From positions 248,001-312,000 of the forward strand of contig JAAOMT010000690.1 in NCBI GenBank assembly GCA_016748015.1: a stretch of 64,000 nt of DNA. Direction: 5' to 3'. The notes below the pieces were generated by a model. It saw only the letters and a program-made list of their open reading frames with translations, ran no database searches and had not been told where the DNA came from. Shown in pieces: positions 25,823-39,480 of the stretch. The position numbers and the translations under genes are program-made. The DNA comes from Geosiphon pyriformis uo1. Taxonomy: Eukaryota > Fungi > Glomeromycota. The stretch's first letter is position 1. Each line of letters opens with the position of its first letter.

Positions 25823-28400
25823 AAAAAGATTTTGAATTTGTAATGTTGCTTGGAAACTAGCAGAGCAAAGATTTTTTCTCAAGGGGGAAATAAGGCTTTA
25901 TTACTTGGAGCCTAGCCATTAATGATTGGGCGATGATAATATCATAATTTCCAATTCTTCCGAAACGTCGACTTCCTTTAATATCAGATACCTTCTTTAT
26001 TGCTCTTTTACTTTCCTCTTTAGAATGTAAAATGGTTTTGGGCGGAGTCAATTAGTTACTCCGTGACATTCCTCATTGTAAATGTCATAGACATTCTCAC
26101 CTTCCTTGTATAAATTTCTCAGGCGATGTAACTTTTGGGCGCAGATATGATGGTTGAAAAAAATAAAATTTCGAGTTTTTCATGTACATATTTAAAACAC
26201 ATGGAAAAGATTAACAATCGGTGCTGAAGATAATACTTACTAAAATTCCATAGAATCGCTTGATGATCCATTGATTAATTTAAGGACTTACTTTCTTTAA
26301 TAAATTAGAAAGATATACATGTATAATGGGTTAGAATGGCTTTGGATTTTGATTAAAAAAGGAGTATAGGTTATTTGATAAACTTGTATACAAAAATAAA
26401 TGAATATGAAGCTATGGCGGTTTTATCTATTATTACAATCAAGTTTTATGAGTTTATTAGTTATATTAATTTGGTAAATAAAATTTTAAGCTTAACTTGA
26501 GAAAAGTTAACTAGCCAATTAATATTTAAAAATAAATAAATATGCGTCCTTAACATTAATGAATTTTATTCAGAAAATTTTTTTTAAAAAATGGATAACG
26601 TTTAAATTTGCCAAAAACTAAAAACAAAACGACTTGGCTAGGCTATTTTATGAATATGTATTCAAACGCGATGTAGCTACTGGACCATAAATTTATCTCG
26701 ATACTTTAGGAAACGAACAACAACAACAACAAATCTTTTTGGCAAAACGCTCAAATCTAAAAGACCTTTTATTGACAACACTATTTAATCCTTTAGGGAA
26801 TTAAAAAATACGGCGCAATATTTTTTAATTAATTTTTAAAAATTCTTTTGATGATATTATTTCTTATATAGTCTTGTTTGAATTAAAATTTTAAAAACAC
26901 AAGTTTTGTATAATGATCTAGTTTTAACTAATATAGATTTTTTTTCTTCACGTTTCCATTTCCTCTTCCGACTTCTTTTTTAATATAAAGGAAACTATAA
27001 TGAACTAAGCAAAAAAGGAAAAATTATAAATCCTTTTTTTCTAGCGTTAAACTATTTTCTTTCGAGGGGAAAAAATCTTGTCATTTTCATTATTGACTAT
27101 AAAGATAAAGTATAATTATGTTTCTTTCATTTGTGTTTTGAAAAAATTTCCGAATTCTAAAATTTTACTAATACATTTGCAATAATAAAAATGAAACTTA
27201 AGGTGTATAAATTTTTATTTCAAGAAAAAAATAATGATTTCTATATAATCACAAATTTTGTGTGATTATATTTTTGAAATTTTAATATGTATTTATCAAT
27301 TTATTTTATTTTTTTATTTCCTATTTAAGGGTTTACAGACCCTTTAAAATGTATCGAATTAAAAAAAAAAGTTTCTCAATTTTCAAAAAAATAAAAAATA
27401 CTAATCATGTTTATTTTAATGTCTTTTTAAATCTTTGTTAATTTCAAAATTTGCTCTTTATTTTTAGAATGAACTTCAATTCTCAAAGAATTTTATAAGC
27501 TTATTTATTCATCCGTTATATGTGAAACCTTATAAAAATTTATCATTTCAATAGCTTCATTTTTCTGACGCTTTTGACACTCATAAAATAAAAGTTTTTA
27601 AATATCTAGGTTTAATTTTGAATTTTAAATATTTTTTTTCCTTCAAACTTAGGACTTGAATTCTCTCAAACTCTTGATTTAACCCATAAAAAAATTGAGA
27701 AAATAAAATCAGAAATTCTATATTTGCCACTATTAGTTATACCATTAAAATGGGCTAAATAATTTTCCGGTTGATCTATCACAAAAAAAGTTTTATTAGG
27801 AGCTTTAATTCATGATTAAAACGCGGAGAGGCGTTTTCAATAAAAAAATTAGTTAGATTTTTTTATTCCCAATCTTTGAAAAATCTCACTTAAGTCATTG
27901 ATTGAAAAAATTAATATTCATCCACTCCATTTCAAAAAATTACCGTTATATTTGGCTTTCATACTGAAACTTGAGATTGAAATTAATTGAATTTTATTGC
28001 CTACTTATAAGTTTAAAATTTTGATGCCCAATGGAATATTTATATTAAATTACAGAGTTTGATTTATTTTCGGTAAAGTGGGATGAGGCTAATAATAATA
28101 ATAATAATAACCAATTTAGGGTAATAAATATATTTTAATAGATAGTTTTTGATCAGACAACAGTCTGGTTAAGAAAGACCATAACTAAAGCAATTCAAAA
28201 ACCTAGATTAAACCGAAATAGTTTGCTAAACTTTGAGGGTTGATGCTCCAATCGCCTAAGATCGTACAACTTGATAATATGATTTTTTCTTTTAAAATTT
28301 TTTATTTAATGCTTAAAATAACGGAATTAAATAATTTCCTCATGTAAGTTGCCCGAAATCAAATGAATCGGTTTGAAACTAATTTATACTTTAGCATATA

Positions 28401-29520
28401 CAGTGGGACAAAAAAATTAACTTTCAAATTGATTTCTCATATCATTGATATATGGTTACAAAGCCAAAACCAACTAATTTTATTAATAAAAAATTTGAGA
28501 TGTATTTCTTTCGTTTTTACTCAACCATTAACTCGCAAAGCCGTGATATCAAATTTAGTAAATTTATTAACATAGTTTTTACCGAAAAATTTTATTTTTC
28601 AACCATATTTCGTTCTAAATTATCCATATCTGGGCAATTGTTTTATACTTCAAATTAACCATTTTCCACAGATTTTCAAAAGGATTTAGGTCCGGACTAC
28701 ACGACGGCCAGTCAATTACTTCAGCTACATTTTCCGCAAGAAACGCCTTAACAATTCGGTCTGTATGCTTAGAATCGTTATTTTGTTCATAAGCGTCACT
28801 TCTTCCCAAGTAACCCATTAACTTCCCTGACATGCTGTTACAAAATTTTAACATAAAACTTAATATGTATAATACGCTGAAAACAAAATAAGCTAATTTT
28901 TCCCTTCGTACAAAAGCTGAGCCCTACGCAAAAATATTTATACAATCTTTTAGTCTTGGACGAACTGGCCGTTTTCCATTTTATCAATATTGTGTTTGGA
29001 AATAGTTGGAATGGCATTTCATTAAAAAATAAGTGTTTTTTCGGTTATAATTAAAATAAAATTTGTCCCATTCAACACCCTTCTGCTTTTAAACTTTCGT
29101 CACAATTGGTGTAGCAATTGGTAAATTTTTCATATATCTAAATAATTTTAAATGTCTGATTCCTTTGTATCTGGTTTAGTAGTAGTAATTTTTTCCAGAT
29201 ACAAAGAAGAATTTTTACAAACATGTTGACCTACTTTTCTCGATACATCCGACTACCATCACCACCTTTGTGCATTGTATCGTACAGTTGAGATAAGTAG
29301 CTTAGTGAGTTTCCTTAAATTTTGAGACGAAAAGTTCATCCTCATTCCAGAAGTCTAATACCTTACGTTCCTTGACCGACATATTTATTTCTAATGTGAA
29401 TTATGTACAAAGCTGCAAACTAGTTCTGCTTTAGAAATAGTGGAAATCCCGTTTATCACATGGGCTTTTATTTGATTCGGATGAGATAAAAAATGAACAA
29501 GTCTTATATTCAGTAACTTT
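28401..29520 (-). mobile_element. Degenerate Tc1/mariner element
   Basis: TA|CAGTGGGACAAAAAAATT terminus at 28399. Minus-strand remnants MSVKERKVLDFWNE (ATG ~29382) and EQNNDSKHT...WPSCSPDLNPFENLW. Many stops and frameshifts. Right boundary uncertain. Confidence 0.8.
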
Positions 29521-31525
29521 TGCCTGTGATACTAAATTATAATTGTTTCTTTATTGAATGTGAATGTCCGAAAAACTAAGTTGTTATTTTTTTCATGTCC
29601 AAGGACGAACTCTGGTAAAGATAAAAGTGATTAAGATGAAAAATTGTAAATCACAAAGTCTTTTACATAGTTTTTTCAAAAGATTTTAAGTTGTAGTTGG
29701 CTTATGGGAAAGGCTATTTACATTATAATTTGCAATGACAAAAAAGTATAGAATATGGATTAATAATAGAGATTTTAAGCTTTTTTAATTAGGAAGATTT
29801 AGTTACTTAACTTAAAATTATTGGATCTCTTCAAATGAAAGTTTTACAGGGCATAAATTTTGCAATAAAACATGCCTGCTTCAGTTTAAAAAGAAAAAAT
29901 TTAATTCTAAAATCATTTTTTTTGCCTAGTCTAATGCCCAATAATTTCTTAAATCATCTTTCAAAGGATTATGAATAAAAATCAGGTATTTTTTTCGAGG
30001 CTTTGTGTATAATCGATCCTATAAAGTGTTGCATCTTTATTTAAAAATACTAAAACAAGTTTGCTAGCAATAACTTTAGAATCAAGTAGCTTGAAACGTT
30101 AGATCATTTAGAAATATTTCAACAAGTCTAGTAATGCTCGAGATAATTTTCAATGTATAAATTACTAGTTTTTCCATTCAAAAATTTTTAATTATAGTAA
30201 AAAATATGAAATAAAATGTATTTTTGGATTTACGAAGAAATGGTTACTAATTCGAAACAAAGATTTTCAACTTTATAACATAAACTTTTTGTAATAAAAC
30301 TTATTTATTTATTAAGATTTTCAAATCATTTCACTTTTATTTGTATAAGTCACATTATGTAAATTTTTGAATATTTTTACTGCCGATACTTTATCAAAGA
30401 TGAATTGGAATTTTTTATTATTTATAATTTATTGATACTTTCAAAATCTTTCTAACAGAAGAATAAATTTGAAATAGCTCAAAAATAGATCAATCGTTTA
30501 TAATTTTATTTTATAAGGTCAAGAGTTTCTCAATTTTTCATGATTTGAAAAGTATTTTAAATGTTGTAATCAATATTAAATTAATCAAATGAAAAACCTT
30601 ACCATATTAAATGTTTAAATAATTTTAATAAAGGAAATATTAAATCTTGTCAATATTTTATACTAATTGAGAATCCTTCAAGATCTCGAGCATCGTTCTT
30701 GATTTGGAAAAATTTAGAAGTCATTTAATGAGAGGTATACAATTATAAATCAAGATTTCTATTTCATTCTGCTGTATGGAAGATAACTTTGATCAAGGGG
30801 TTACTCTGAATATCAGAATTGCGAAGGATAATTGATATGCGACCCCCGGAAGATTTAAACTTAATATATGTAATTTTTTAGTCACCGGATCTTCAGCTTG
30901 GAATTTTATTTATTATCGAAAAAATTCCGCCTAATTAGTTTTTAGCTTCTATAAATTTTGGATTAATCTTGTCGCCTAAAATTGTTCATATCAAATTGAA
31001 ACTCTACATATTAGGAAATCTAAATTTTGATCGAGGTTTGAGCTATATCAACAGCGAAATCGTTTAATAAGTGACAAAGAAAAAATAAATCTTTAGCTTC
31101 AGATTCGATTAAATTTTTAATTGGTCGTAAATTATACACACGAAAAGGCTTCAATTTTTAAGAGACAAATTATTGATAAGTTTTTAAGTCATTATTATTA
31201 TTGAAGGTAATTTTGATTTCAAATCACAACAGATAGTCAATTTTTTTATACATCAAAATTTTCGGAATCAATATTTTGCTTTATCAGATTAACTTAGAAC
31301 ATTTCGATCTATTATTGAATGTTATCATTAAAACTTTGACAAATTAGTACGATATTTGGAAATGATAATTCCTTCTTCGAAACAAATCAAAAATTTTGAT
31401 CAAATATTTTGACTTGATAACACTTATTATGACTATGGGAAATTTTTGCCGGAATTATATAAAATGTCTTGTTACTCAAAAAGTGAAACTATATCAAAAT
31501 TCAAAGTTTATTTTGAAATATCATT

Positions 31526-32735
31526 ATGAATCAATACTTTTTTACATTATTTGTATCCCTTTTAGCTTGTGCCTCGTTGACAGATGGCTTTCCTGGTTTA
31601 AGAAAAAAATTTAATAAGCTGGTAGTATTCGGGGATATATTTTCAGGTGAGTGTGAAAATGAAAAAAGTCTTATCGTAGTAAATAAATTGAGTCAAGACT
31701 CTATTGTTCTAGATAATGGAAATGCCAATAAGTTGGCAGGACCTAATCAACTTACCGAAGATTACTACCAAGGCCGTTATTCAAATGGTCTAGTGTGGCC
31801 AGAATATCTTGCTAGTTTTTTAAACGCGGAGATTAACGACTTTGCGTATTATGGGGCATCTACAGAGTATGTTATAAGAAAGAGATTGATAAAAGTTTTT
31901 AACAAATTTTTTAAACTTGGCTTTTATTAAACCAAAGCAATGAAGTGTTTCAAGGTTATTAGATAAATTTAAAATTCTAAATTTTTCATTTGAATTCAAA
32001 GAATCTTATACCTGATGACAATTTCTATCCATCTATTTGGATAGGCTTTCTCGAAGTGAACGGAACGAAAGTCGAGGTTCCAGGCCTCAAGCAACAAGCC
32101 AAATTATATAAAGATACACTGAAATCTGGGACTGATTCAAACAAAACCTTAGTAGTTGTGAGTATTTTTCCTTTGCTATCTCACAGATGAATATTAAACC
32201 ATATCGGAAAAAGTTATCATGAAAATCTATAATTTTTCCTTTCTTATAGATATGGGGCGGATCAGATTATAAATACTCTAACTTCATGGCAGCACCTGAG
32301 GATGTTGTAAAGAGACTTTCTAAAATCTGGGTTAGCTTATACGAAATCGGAGTCCGAAATATCCTTGTACCAAGTCTTCCGGATTTCTCCCTCTTTCCTG
32401 TCGCCGAATTGTTTTATAAGGATTTAAAACAAGTTTTGTTTGAAATTTATCTCAGACACAATGAAGCCCTGAAAAATTCCGTCACCAATTTTACGGCGAA
32501 ATATCCTGATGCCATAATCTACACAGCTGATTTCAATAAATACCAGACGAACACAACGGGCTTAGAGCAGTATGCTGGTATCACAAATACAAAAGATGCT
32601 TGTTTTAATAATTTTATAGACAAATCGGCGAAACCTTGTTCTAATCCTGAAGATTACTTTTTTTGGGATCCCATTGGTTTAACTACAAAAGCCCACCTCG
32701 GTCTCGCCTTTGTTTTTCTCAAAGCTTTAACATAA
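31526..32735 (+). CDS. Secreted GDSL/SGNH hydrolase-fold protein, paralog 2 (296 aa), catalytic Ser and His lost
   Basis: Exons 31526-31646, 31713-31866, 31938-31954, 32045-32157, 32250-32735 total 891 nt in frame. Motifs: LVVFGDIFSDNGN, GRYSNGLVWPEYL, DFAYYGA, WGGSDY, YFFWDPIGLT. Confidence 0.92.
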
Positions 32736-35700
32736 TAGAAATAATTAATTACTATGTTTACCCTTCTAATTTATATGGGGGAGCCTAGTCATTAGGAATT
32801 TTTTATAATTTTTTAACAAAGCTATACATGTATAAAGAAATTTATTCATCTAATAGCTAAGATTTTTCATAATGAAATTTAATTTCAATATAGAATGCTG
32901 ACATATTAAAATTAAATCTTACAAACTGAAAACCATTTAATCTTTAAAAATAAAATAAGATTGCTAAATTCTATAAAAAAAGGGTTAGGTATTTATTTTG
33001 ATCATTTCTAAACTTTTTAGTCTCCTTTGCTACAAAATTGTAAACCCAATTTTAAAAAGTATGTTTCACAAAATAGTTTCTAATTTAATAAAGTCACCTC
33101 GGTTCAAAAACCAAGATTATTCATTTTATAAAAGCTTTTGATATTTTGATATTTTTTTATGTGTTATATTAAAAGTTATTCCTAAATTTCGTTCGACTGA
33201 ATGTATCACGACTTGAAGTCTGTAAACATGATTTGACATTGGGTGATTTAAAAAGAAATGAGATTTCTTGGAAATTATCGGGATTACTAAATATATATTT
33301 GAATTAAATTTAGAGGATGATATAATCGAATTGTGGTATGATCAAATAAAAAAATGGTTCATTTATGAAGGGAATTATTAGATGATGAAAATGCTTTTAA
33401 GCTAGCAGAACTAATAATTTTGCCTAGTTTGCAATCCTCCTATACATTTGAAGTTTTTAGATGCAGAGCTTAAGCTTTTTAGAAATATACGCGGGAATTT
33501 CCTTATTAGATGAATCTTAGAGCACAGAAAAGCCCAACCGATTGCAACAGCTTCTTTTTGAAAATCCAGCTGTTTAGAATAAGCTAACTGCCCCCGGAAT
33601 ACTTGGTATTCAGACATTGAGAATTTTAAATTAAAATGTTTGGTCATTAAATTTGTTAATCTTATTATTTGCTAAACTAGTCTCAGTATCATCTATAACG
33701 AATTCAAGGAAACAAAGAGCTCGTCATAGTTTTCAGGGTCAGCTGAAAAATATTTAAGCAAAAATATTTGACAGTTATAAAAAAGAGCTTTTAATGAATT
33801 CAAAACCTTTAGATCTTGGATCTAAAAGATATTTTAATTAGAAAAAGAAATCAAAAATTTCCATTGAAAACTTTGAATATAATGAATGTAAATGTATTTT
33901 CCTCTGTTCAAGTAACTACTTGAAACCATGAATGGTCACGTGTTTTCTAAAAATGTAATCATGTGCACATAACCCTATGATTTTCACAAAACCATTTGGC
34001 AAGCTTGTAATAACAGTTATTTACTGAACAACAGATTCTCTTGTATATAGTATAACATGTTGTAATCTATAGTAGATATATAAAAAGAAAACAAAATTTT
34101 TATGATACAATTATTAAAACATCCATGTATTTAATTATTATAAATGGATCTATAACGCTTGCATATATTTGCATTTTTATAAATGGTATTGTATTTACTT
34201 TGAAGCTTTCCATTTAAAAATGGAATGGAAAGGTGACAAATAAACATCATATTGGTTGCCATTAATTGCAATTATAAACATTATACTCGTCACAACCTAT
34301 TAAAATGACATTTTAGTCATATAAATGGCTAATCGAATAAATACAGCCAATATTATTTTTGTGCTATTCAATAGCTATTTTACTAGAATTATAACCAATT
34401 AAAAAATTGAAATTTATGCTACTTTTTGCATAATAAATGGTTTCAATATACACAAATAAAATTCTCCAAATGATCTATTATAAAATGGCTATCATATTCA
34501 AGTTTTATTAAAGAAAATTCAAAAGCTTTCATTTGAAATAAAAATATATAATTCTAGAAAATATATTTCAATGTTTTACGTGTATATCAATGTTTTGAGC
34601 GTAAATTAATTTTTTTTAAACCTTATTATAAAAGAAAATAATATTTATATGTTTTAAGTAATTTATACACACCCTTATTTTATATATTCTAAAATGTTTT
34701 AAAAACCTCTTTAAATTTTGAATTATTATTAAATTGATGATTTTATGTGTTTTTTGCGTAGTTTTATTGAATACTTTTGTTTTTGACTGCAATAATGTAT
34801 CAGTTGTATTTTTATTATACAGTTTTAAACTATTATTTGAGGATTTATTATTCTTGTAATGTTAAATAAAAGTTTTGTTTTTATAAGGGTTACTTTGATT
34901 ACTTTGATTTTTTTGAAAAGGAATATGTTTTTATAATTGACAATCAAATGTCAGCTATTATATTATGTCACATATTTTGTAATAAAAAGTAAATTTTTTG
35001 CAAGTTTTTCAACTTGTCATTGTTAGTACTGAGATTTAAATCAAAAACTCTAAATTGTATCATATTCTTTAAAAATTTATTCTACAAGTTTTGATCCAAA
35101 ATGAATTAACTAATTTTTTTGAACAATTCCCATTTTTTTCAACTTTTTACATGTATTTGTTTTAGAAAAATTGTAAAATGTTTTGAAAGTTTTTTTGCTA
35201 ATGATTTGAATTTAACCTGAACATAGGCCAATTTGGTCTTTGCTTAAATCGTTGCTGTTGGTTGTTATTTTTAAGCATATTATGCACATTTATAAAAATA
35301 GAGTTATTTGTTATTGAAAATCTTGATGAAAACAAGATGATCTATGTCGTAATGTTTTAACAATGACATTATATGTTTTTTTGATTTTGTTCACATTTCT
35401 ATAGACTAAATTCTGGATTATTGTTGAAAAAAAGCCTGAAATAAATAAGTATAGTATTATTTCTATATGTATGTTAATTATAGAGTTAAATAAACAAATA
35501 TATTATAATTGTAATTAACTAACACAAAAAGTTTTGTTTTTTTTTAAATGTTTGAAGATACTGTAATGGTTTATTAATTTTAAATTCTTTTGAAAAAATA
35601 CTTCTTTATCTTATTAATTTCTGATGTTGTATTATAGGAGTGATTATGTGACTATCTCTCAATTTTTTATAGATTACATTAGTTAAAAAGGAATATTCAT

Positions 35701-36236
35701 AACTTGTGTAAAATTAATATTTATTCAAATATCTGTTAAAACATTTTAGCAAGACTATTGTATGTCAAAGCTAAATTAAATTTTTTTATAAACTCTGAAT
35801 TTATAAATTTTGCTTGAAAAAATCTTAATTTCAAATATTTTGCCACGTTCATCTTTTATTTTTCTGAAAGAAAAATTTAGGAAAACCAACTATTTTGTTT
35901 TATATAAAATTAATAATGATGAGAAAAGCTTATTCATTTTCGTAATAGTTTTTGCAAAATCCATTTTATATTACATTTTCAAAAACTCTTGGATTATTAA
36001 ACTTTCAAACCGGTTGATACCATTTTAAGGTAGGTTCATAAATGGTTAGTGATCTTACTTCTATAGAAAAAGGTTAAAGATGAGCTCAGACATTCGAAAA
36101 ATTTTAACGATAACTGAAAAAAGTTCTAATAAAACCTAACAGGTTTATATGATATTAAATCTAAAAAAATCACAGCCAGTTTATTTATATTCAAAAAATT
36201 TTAAAAATATAATACTAATTAACATAAATAGATTTT

Positions 36237-37504
36237 CTACTTGAAAGGGCTCAACAATTTTAGTTTATCCGCGAACACTTGAGCAAGCCGAAAATGAATC
36301 TTGGTGGTTAGATGTTGGGCATCCCAATAAAAATATTGTTGTGGATTCTCACATTCCGTTGGTGGATCAGAATATCGATCGGCACAGGCGTCCGTCGTGT
36401 TGAAAATACCAAACGTTTGCGCCCGATCTGATAGGTCAGTCATAATCTGATTAGTGTCTAAGAATTGAAGATTGATATCTGAATGGTTTTCTATGAATTT
36501 ATCTATCGCGTCTCCGAGAAGGTTGCTATGTTTCACGTAGATTTCGAAAAAATTTCCCTTTTGTTGAGCAAACTGTTTCACTATTGGCAATTTGGAGGTA
36601 TCTGGAAGACTTGGGATTAAAAAGTTTCGAACACCAATTTGATATAGTCTTTCCCAGGATTCAGCAATATGTGGTATAACATCAGATGGTGAGGCAGCGA
36701 AATTTGAAAATACGTAATCACCGCCCACGTGCCATACCTATCATAAAGAATTGTTATAGCATAAAGATTTTTTAATAGTTGTGGAAAAGAGTTGGATCTT
36801 GAATGAAATTGTACGCTTACCGCTACCAGAATTTTGCTAAAATCAGTATTTTGGTTCAAGGTATTCTGCCATAAATCTATTTGCTCTATAACTCCAGGAA
36901 CAGGAATACTTTTCGAATTTTCGATCTTTACAATTCCTAAATGATTTATGAAAAAAATAAGTTAATAATTAAAGCTTTTTTTTTTATATTAAATAACGAT
37001 TACCTTGAATAACGTTACTACTATAATTTTAAAAAACGTTTTTTTTGCGCAGTTTAAGTAAAAATTTTAGTATAACAGAGAGGGTGATGCAAGATTAAAT
37101 TCGCAAGTTATTTTCAAATAGTAAAACTTACTCCGATGTTGCAACACCATAAGCAAAATCTGAAAGTGTTGCACCAATAATTGTAGCTAAATATTCTGGC
37201 CACACAGGACCATTACAATATCGACCTTGATCATAGAAGTTTGGTACATTTTTACCACCCGTCAATCTTCCCGTATTGCCGTTATCTAAAAGCAGTTTTG
37301 GATATGCTATGTGAGAATGATATCCTTTCTCTATCTTCGTTAATTTAGTAAGAAAGATTTTTTTAGAATACCTGAATATGAATCACCAAAAACTACCAAT
37401 ACATTATAATTTGGCCTTACTGGTGCTGTCGTTGTGAGTGGATAAATCAAAAACAAAGATAAAAGAAATGAAATTAACACTTTGAGTTGAGGGTTGAAAT
37501 TCAT
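36237..37504 (-). CDS. Secreted GDSL/SGNH lipase/esterase, paralog 3 (306 aa)
   Basis: Exons 37504-37372, 37285-37132, 37020-37004, 36936-36821, 36737-36237 total 921 nt. Signal peptide. Motifs: [50 protein letters not shown]. Confidence 0.92.
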
Positions 37505-39259
37505 TTTTTATGTATTTGGTTCAATTTTTTAGATTCAAAGAATTAGAAAGTTCAAGTTGAGAAAATAATTGCTTGGTTTTAAATATGCATATTTATTAAA
37601 ATTTGGCCAATTCATGTGGATGATTAAACTCCTTCCATATATTGAACAAATCCTTTCATTCTCGATTTGAAAATGCATATAAAATACCTGGATTTTATCG
37701 AGAAACTCCTAAACCTTGAGTTAATTATCAATTAAGTCAACGCGCAGGCCACTTTTGTTTTCCCTTTTTAATCAAAGTTCATAAACAAAAGACTGTACTT
37801 GATCTAAATACAGTAGATTGACAATATATAAATGTCTTTCGTTGATGATTCATCCAAAAATTTGTACTTAAAAATGTCATTTGCCTTCTTTTGAAATAGA
37901 AATGCCTGGAAATTGATATGATTGTTTGTTTTCTAACTTCCAAGATTTAATTCACTTGCATCACCTATTTGTTAATCTTGGATAATATCCAAATTTTTCA
38001 TTACTCCTAGACTTAACTGTCATTACGAAACCGATCGGCTGCAATATTCGGCTAGCATGGTTCCTATATTTAGCTAAAGTCTGTTTCATTGTTTTTAATT
38101 GTAAATAAAAAAATTCTCATAGAAACATTGCTCTCTGTTTAGAGAAAATATTTATGAAGATTTTTACCCTCTTGGGTTATACCAAAAGCTATCTGTTATC
38201 AGAAGAGTAAGAACTACATTCTATTTCATCTATTAAATTTTTTCTATTATCAAGATCAGCGGCAGCATAAATTGAATTCCGCAGGATTGTATATTCCCAA
38301 TTTTACAAGTTATTTCATATTAGGATTTTTTTATGGATAAAAATAGAGTCTTTGGATTTTTGAATTTTTTCTTTACTAAAATTAAACTTTTTCTTTCTCA
38401 ACGTTTTTTAGCCTTTGTTTCTATTTATGCTGAAAATATTTCTTTTAAAGTTTAGAATTGATCAAGCAATATTATTTACATAAAGAAATGATCTATATTG
38501 GTATATGAAAGTGATCAAAATGATTCAGAACAAGGAAGAGAAAACTCAGTCAGATTAATAAGCTCTTTAAAAATTATTCGGAAAGAAAAATTCTCAATTA
38601 AAATTTGTAAAGTAGCCTTCTTTTCAAAAATTTTCTATTTCATTTCAAGTTTAAAATAAAAATTTTTTAGAAAATTTGAAATAGGCAAAAATATGTTCTA
38701 TTACAACTCTAATTTTTATCCAAGCTCCTAAGCTTGCGATTAAAGGTTTGGTTTGAACATTAATATATATTTATAAAGTGTGTACAAAAAAATTAAACGG
38801 TATTCGTGAAGCCGAGTTGTTTAACTAAAAGGGTGTTTTTTGTTGGAGATTATTGTTATTAATATGACGCCTGTACGAGTTACTGTGAAATGAATGTCAT
38901 GAATAGACCTGAAAAAACATAAACTTAATTGTGCAGATGTTATAGGAAATATGAATGGCTGGGACAGGCACCGGTTTTGTAAAAGATAACCCAAATAATA
39001 CAGAATTCGGGGTTTCACTCTTTATAATCGCCAGATCTGAAACTAAATACAATGTATTTAAGAAAAAAATTTCTTTTTCTTTTTATTAAGAAAATCTCTT
39101 TTTCACTAACCACTACTAATATCTTAAAACTCTAATTTATACAAAAAGATCAGGGGTAAAAATTTTTAATTGTTTTATTGATACAACATAATCCTCAATC
39201 AATTCATAGTTATCTCAATGCCAGGATTTTGTTTGACCATTTTTAGCAAGATATTCCTT

Positions 39260-39480
39260 CATAGCCCTGAGGTCACACCGCCGCTTCAATTTAAATAACC
39301 CAATTAAGGTAGATTCAGGAATATTCTCTCACTTCTCTTGTCATATATTGGTAATAATTGATCACTATTTTTAGACATGTGTCATTTCACATTGTTCTTT
39401 GACAACATTAGTTTAAAAATTTAGACACTTGGGCCATGCTTAAAATTGTTATCTTGTTTGTGGGCGCAAAAAATTTTGCA
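39260..39480 (-). mobile_element. Small Tc1 transposase fragment
   Basis: Minus-strand KQDNNFKH and EK*ENIPESTLIGL resemble the 8.3-8.6 kb transposase (QDNDPKH; WRNIPRSTLIGL). Confidence 0.6.

Noticed and set aside
25857-26051. 64-aa minus-strand ORF convergent with the membrane-protein gene
   Set aside because: Non-ATG start, no recognisable motif, and it probably overlaps that gene's 3' UTR.
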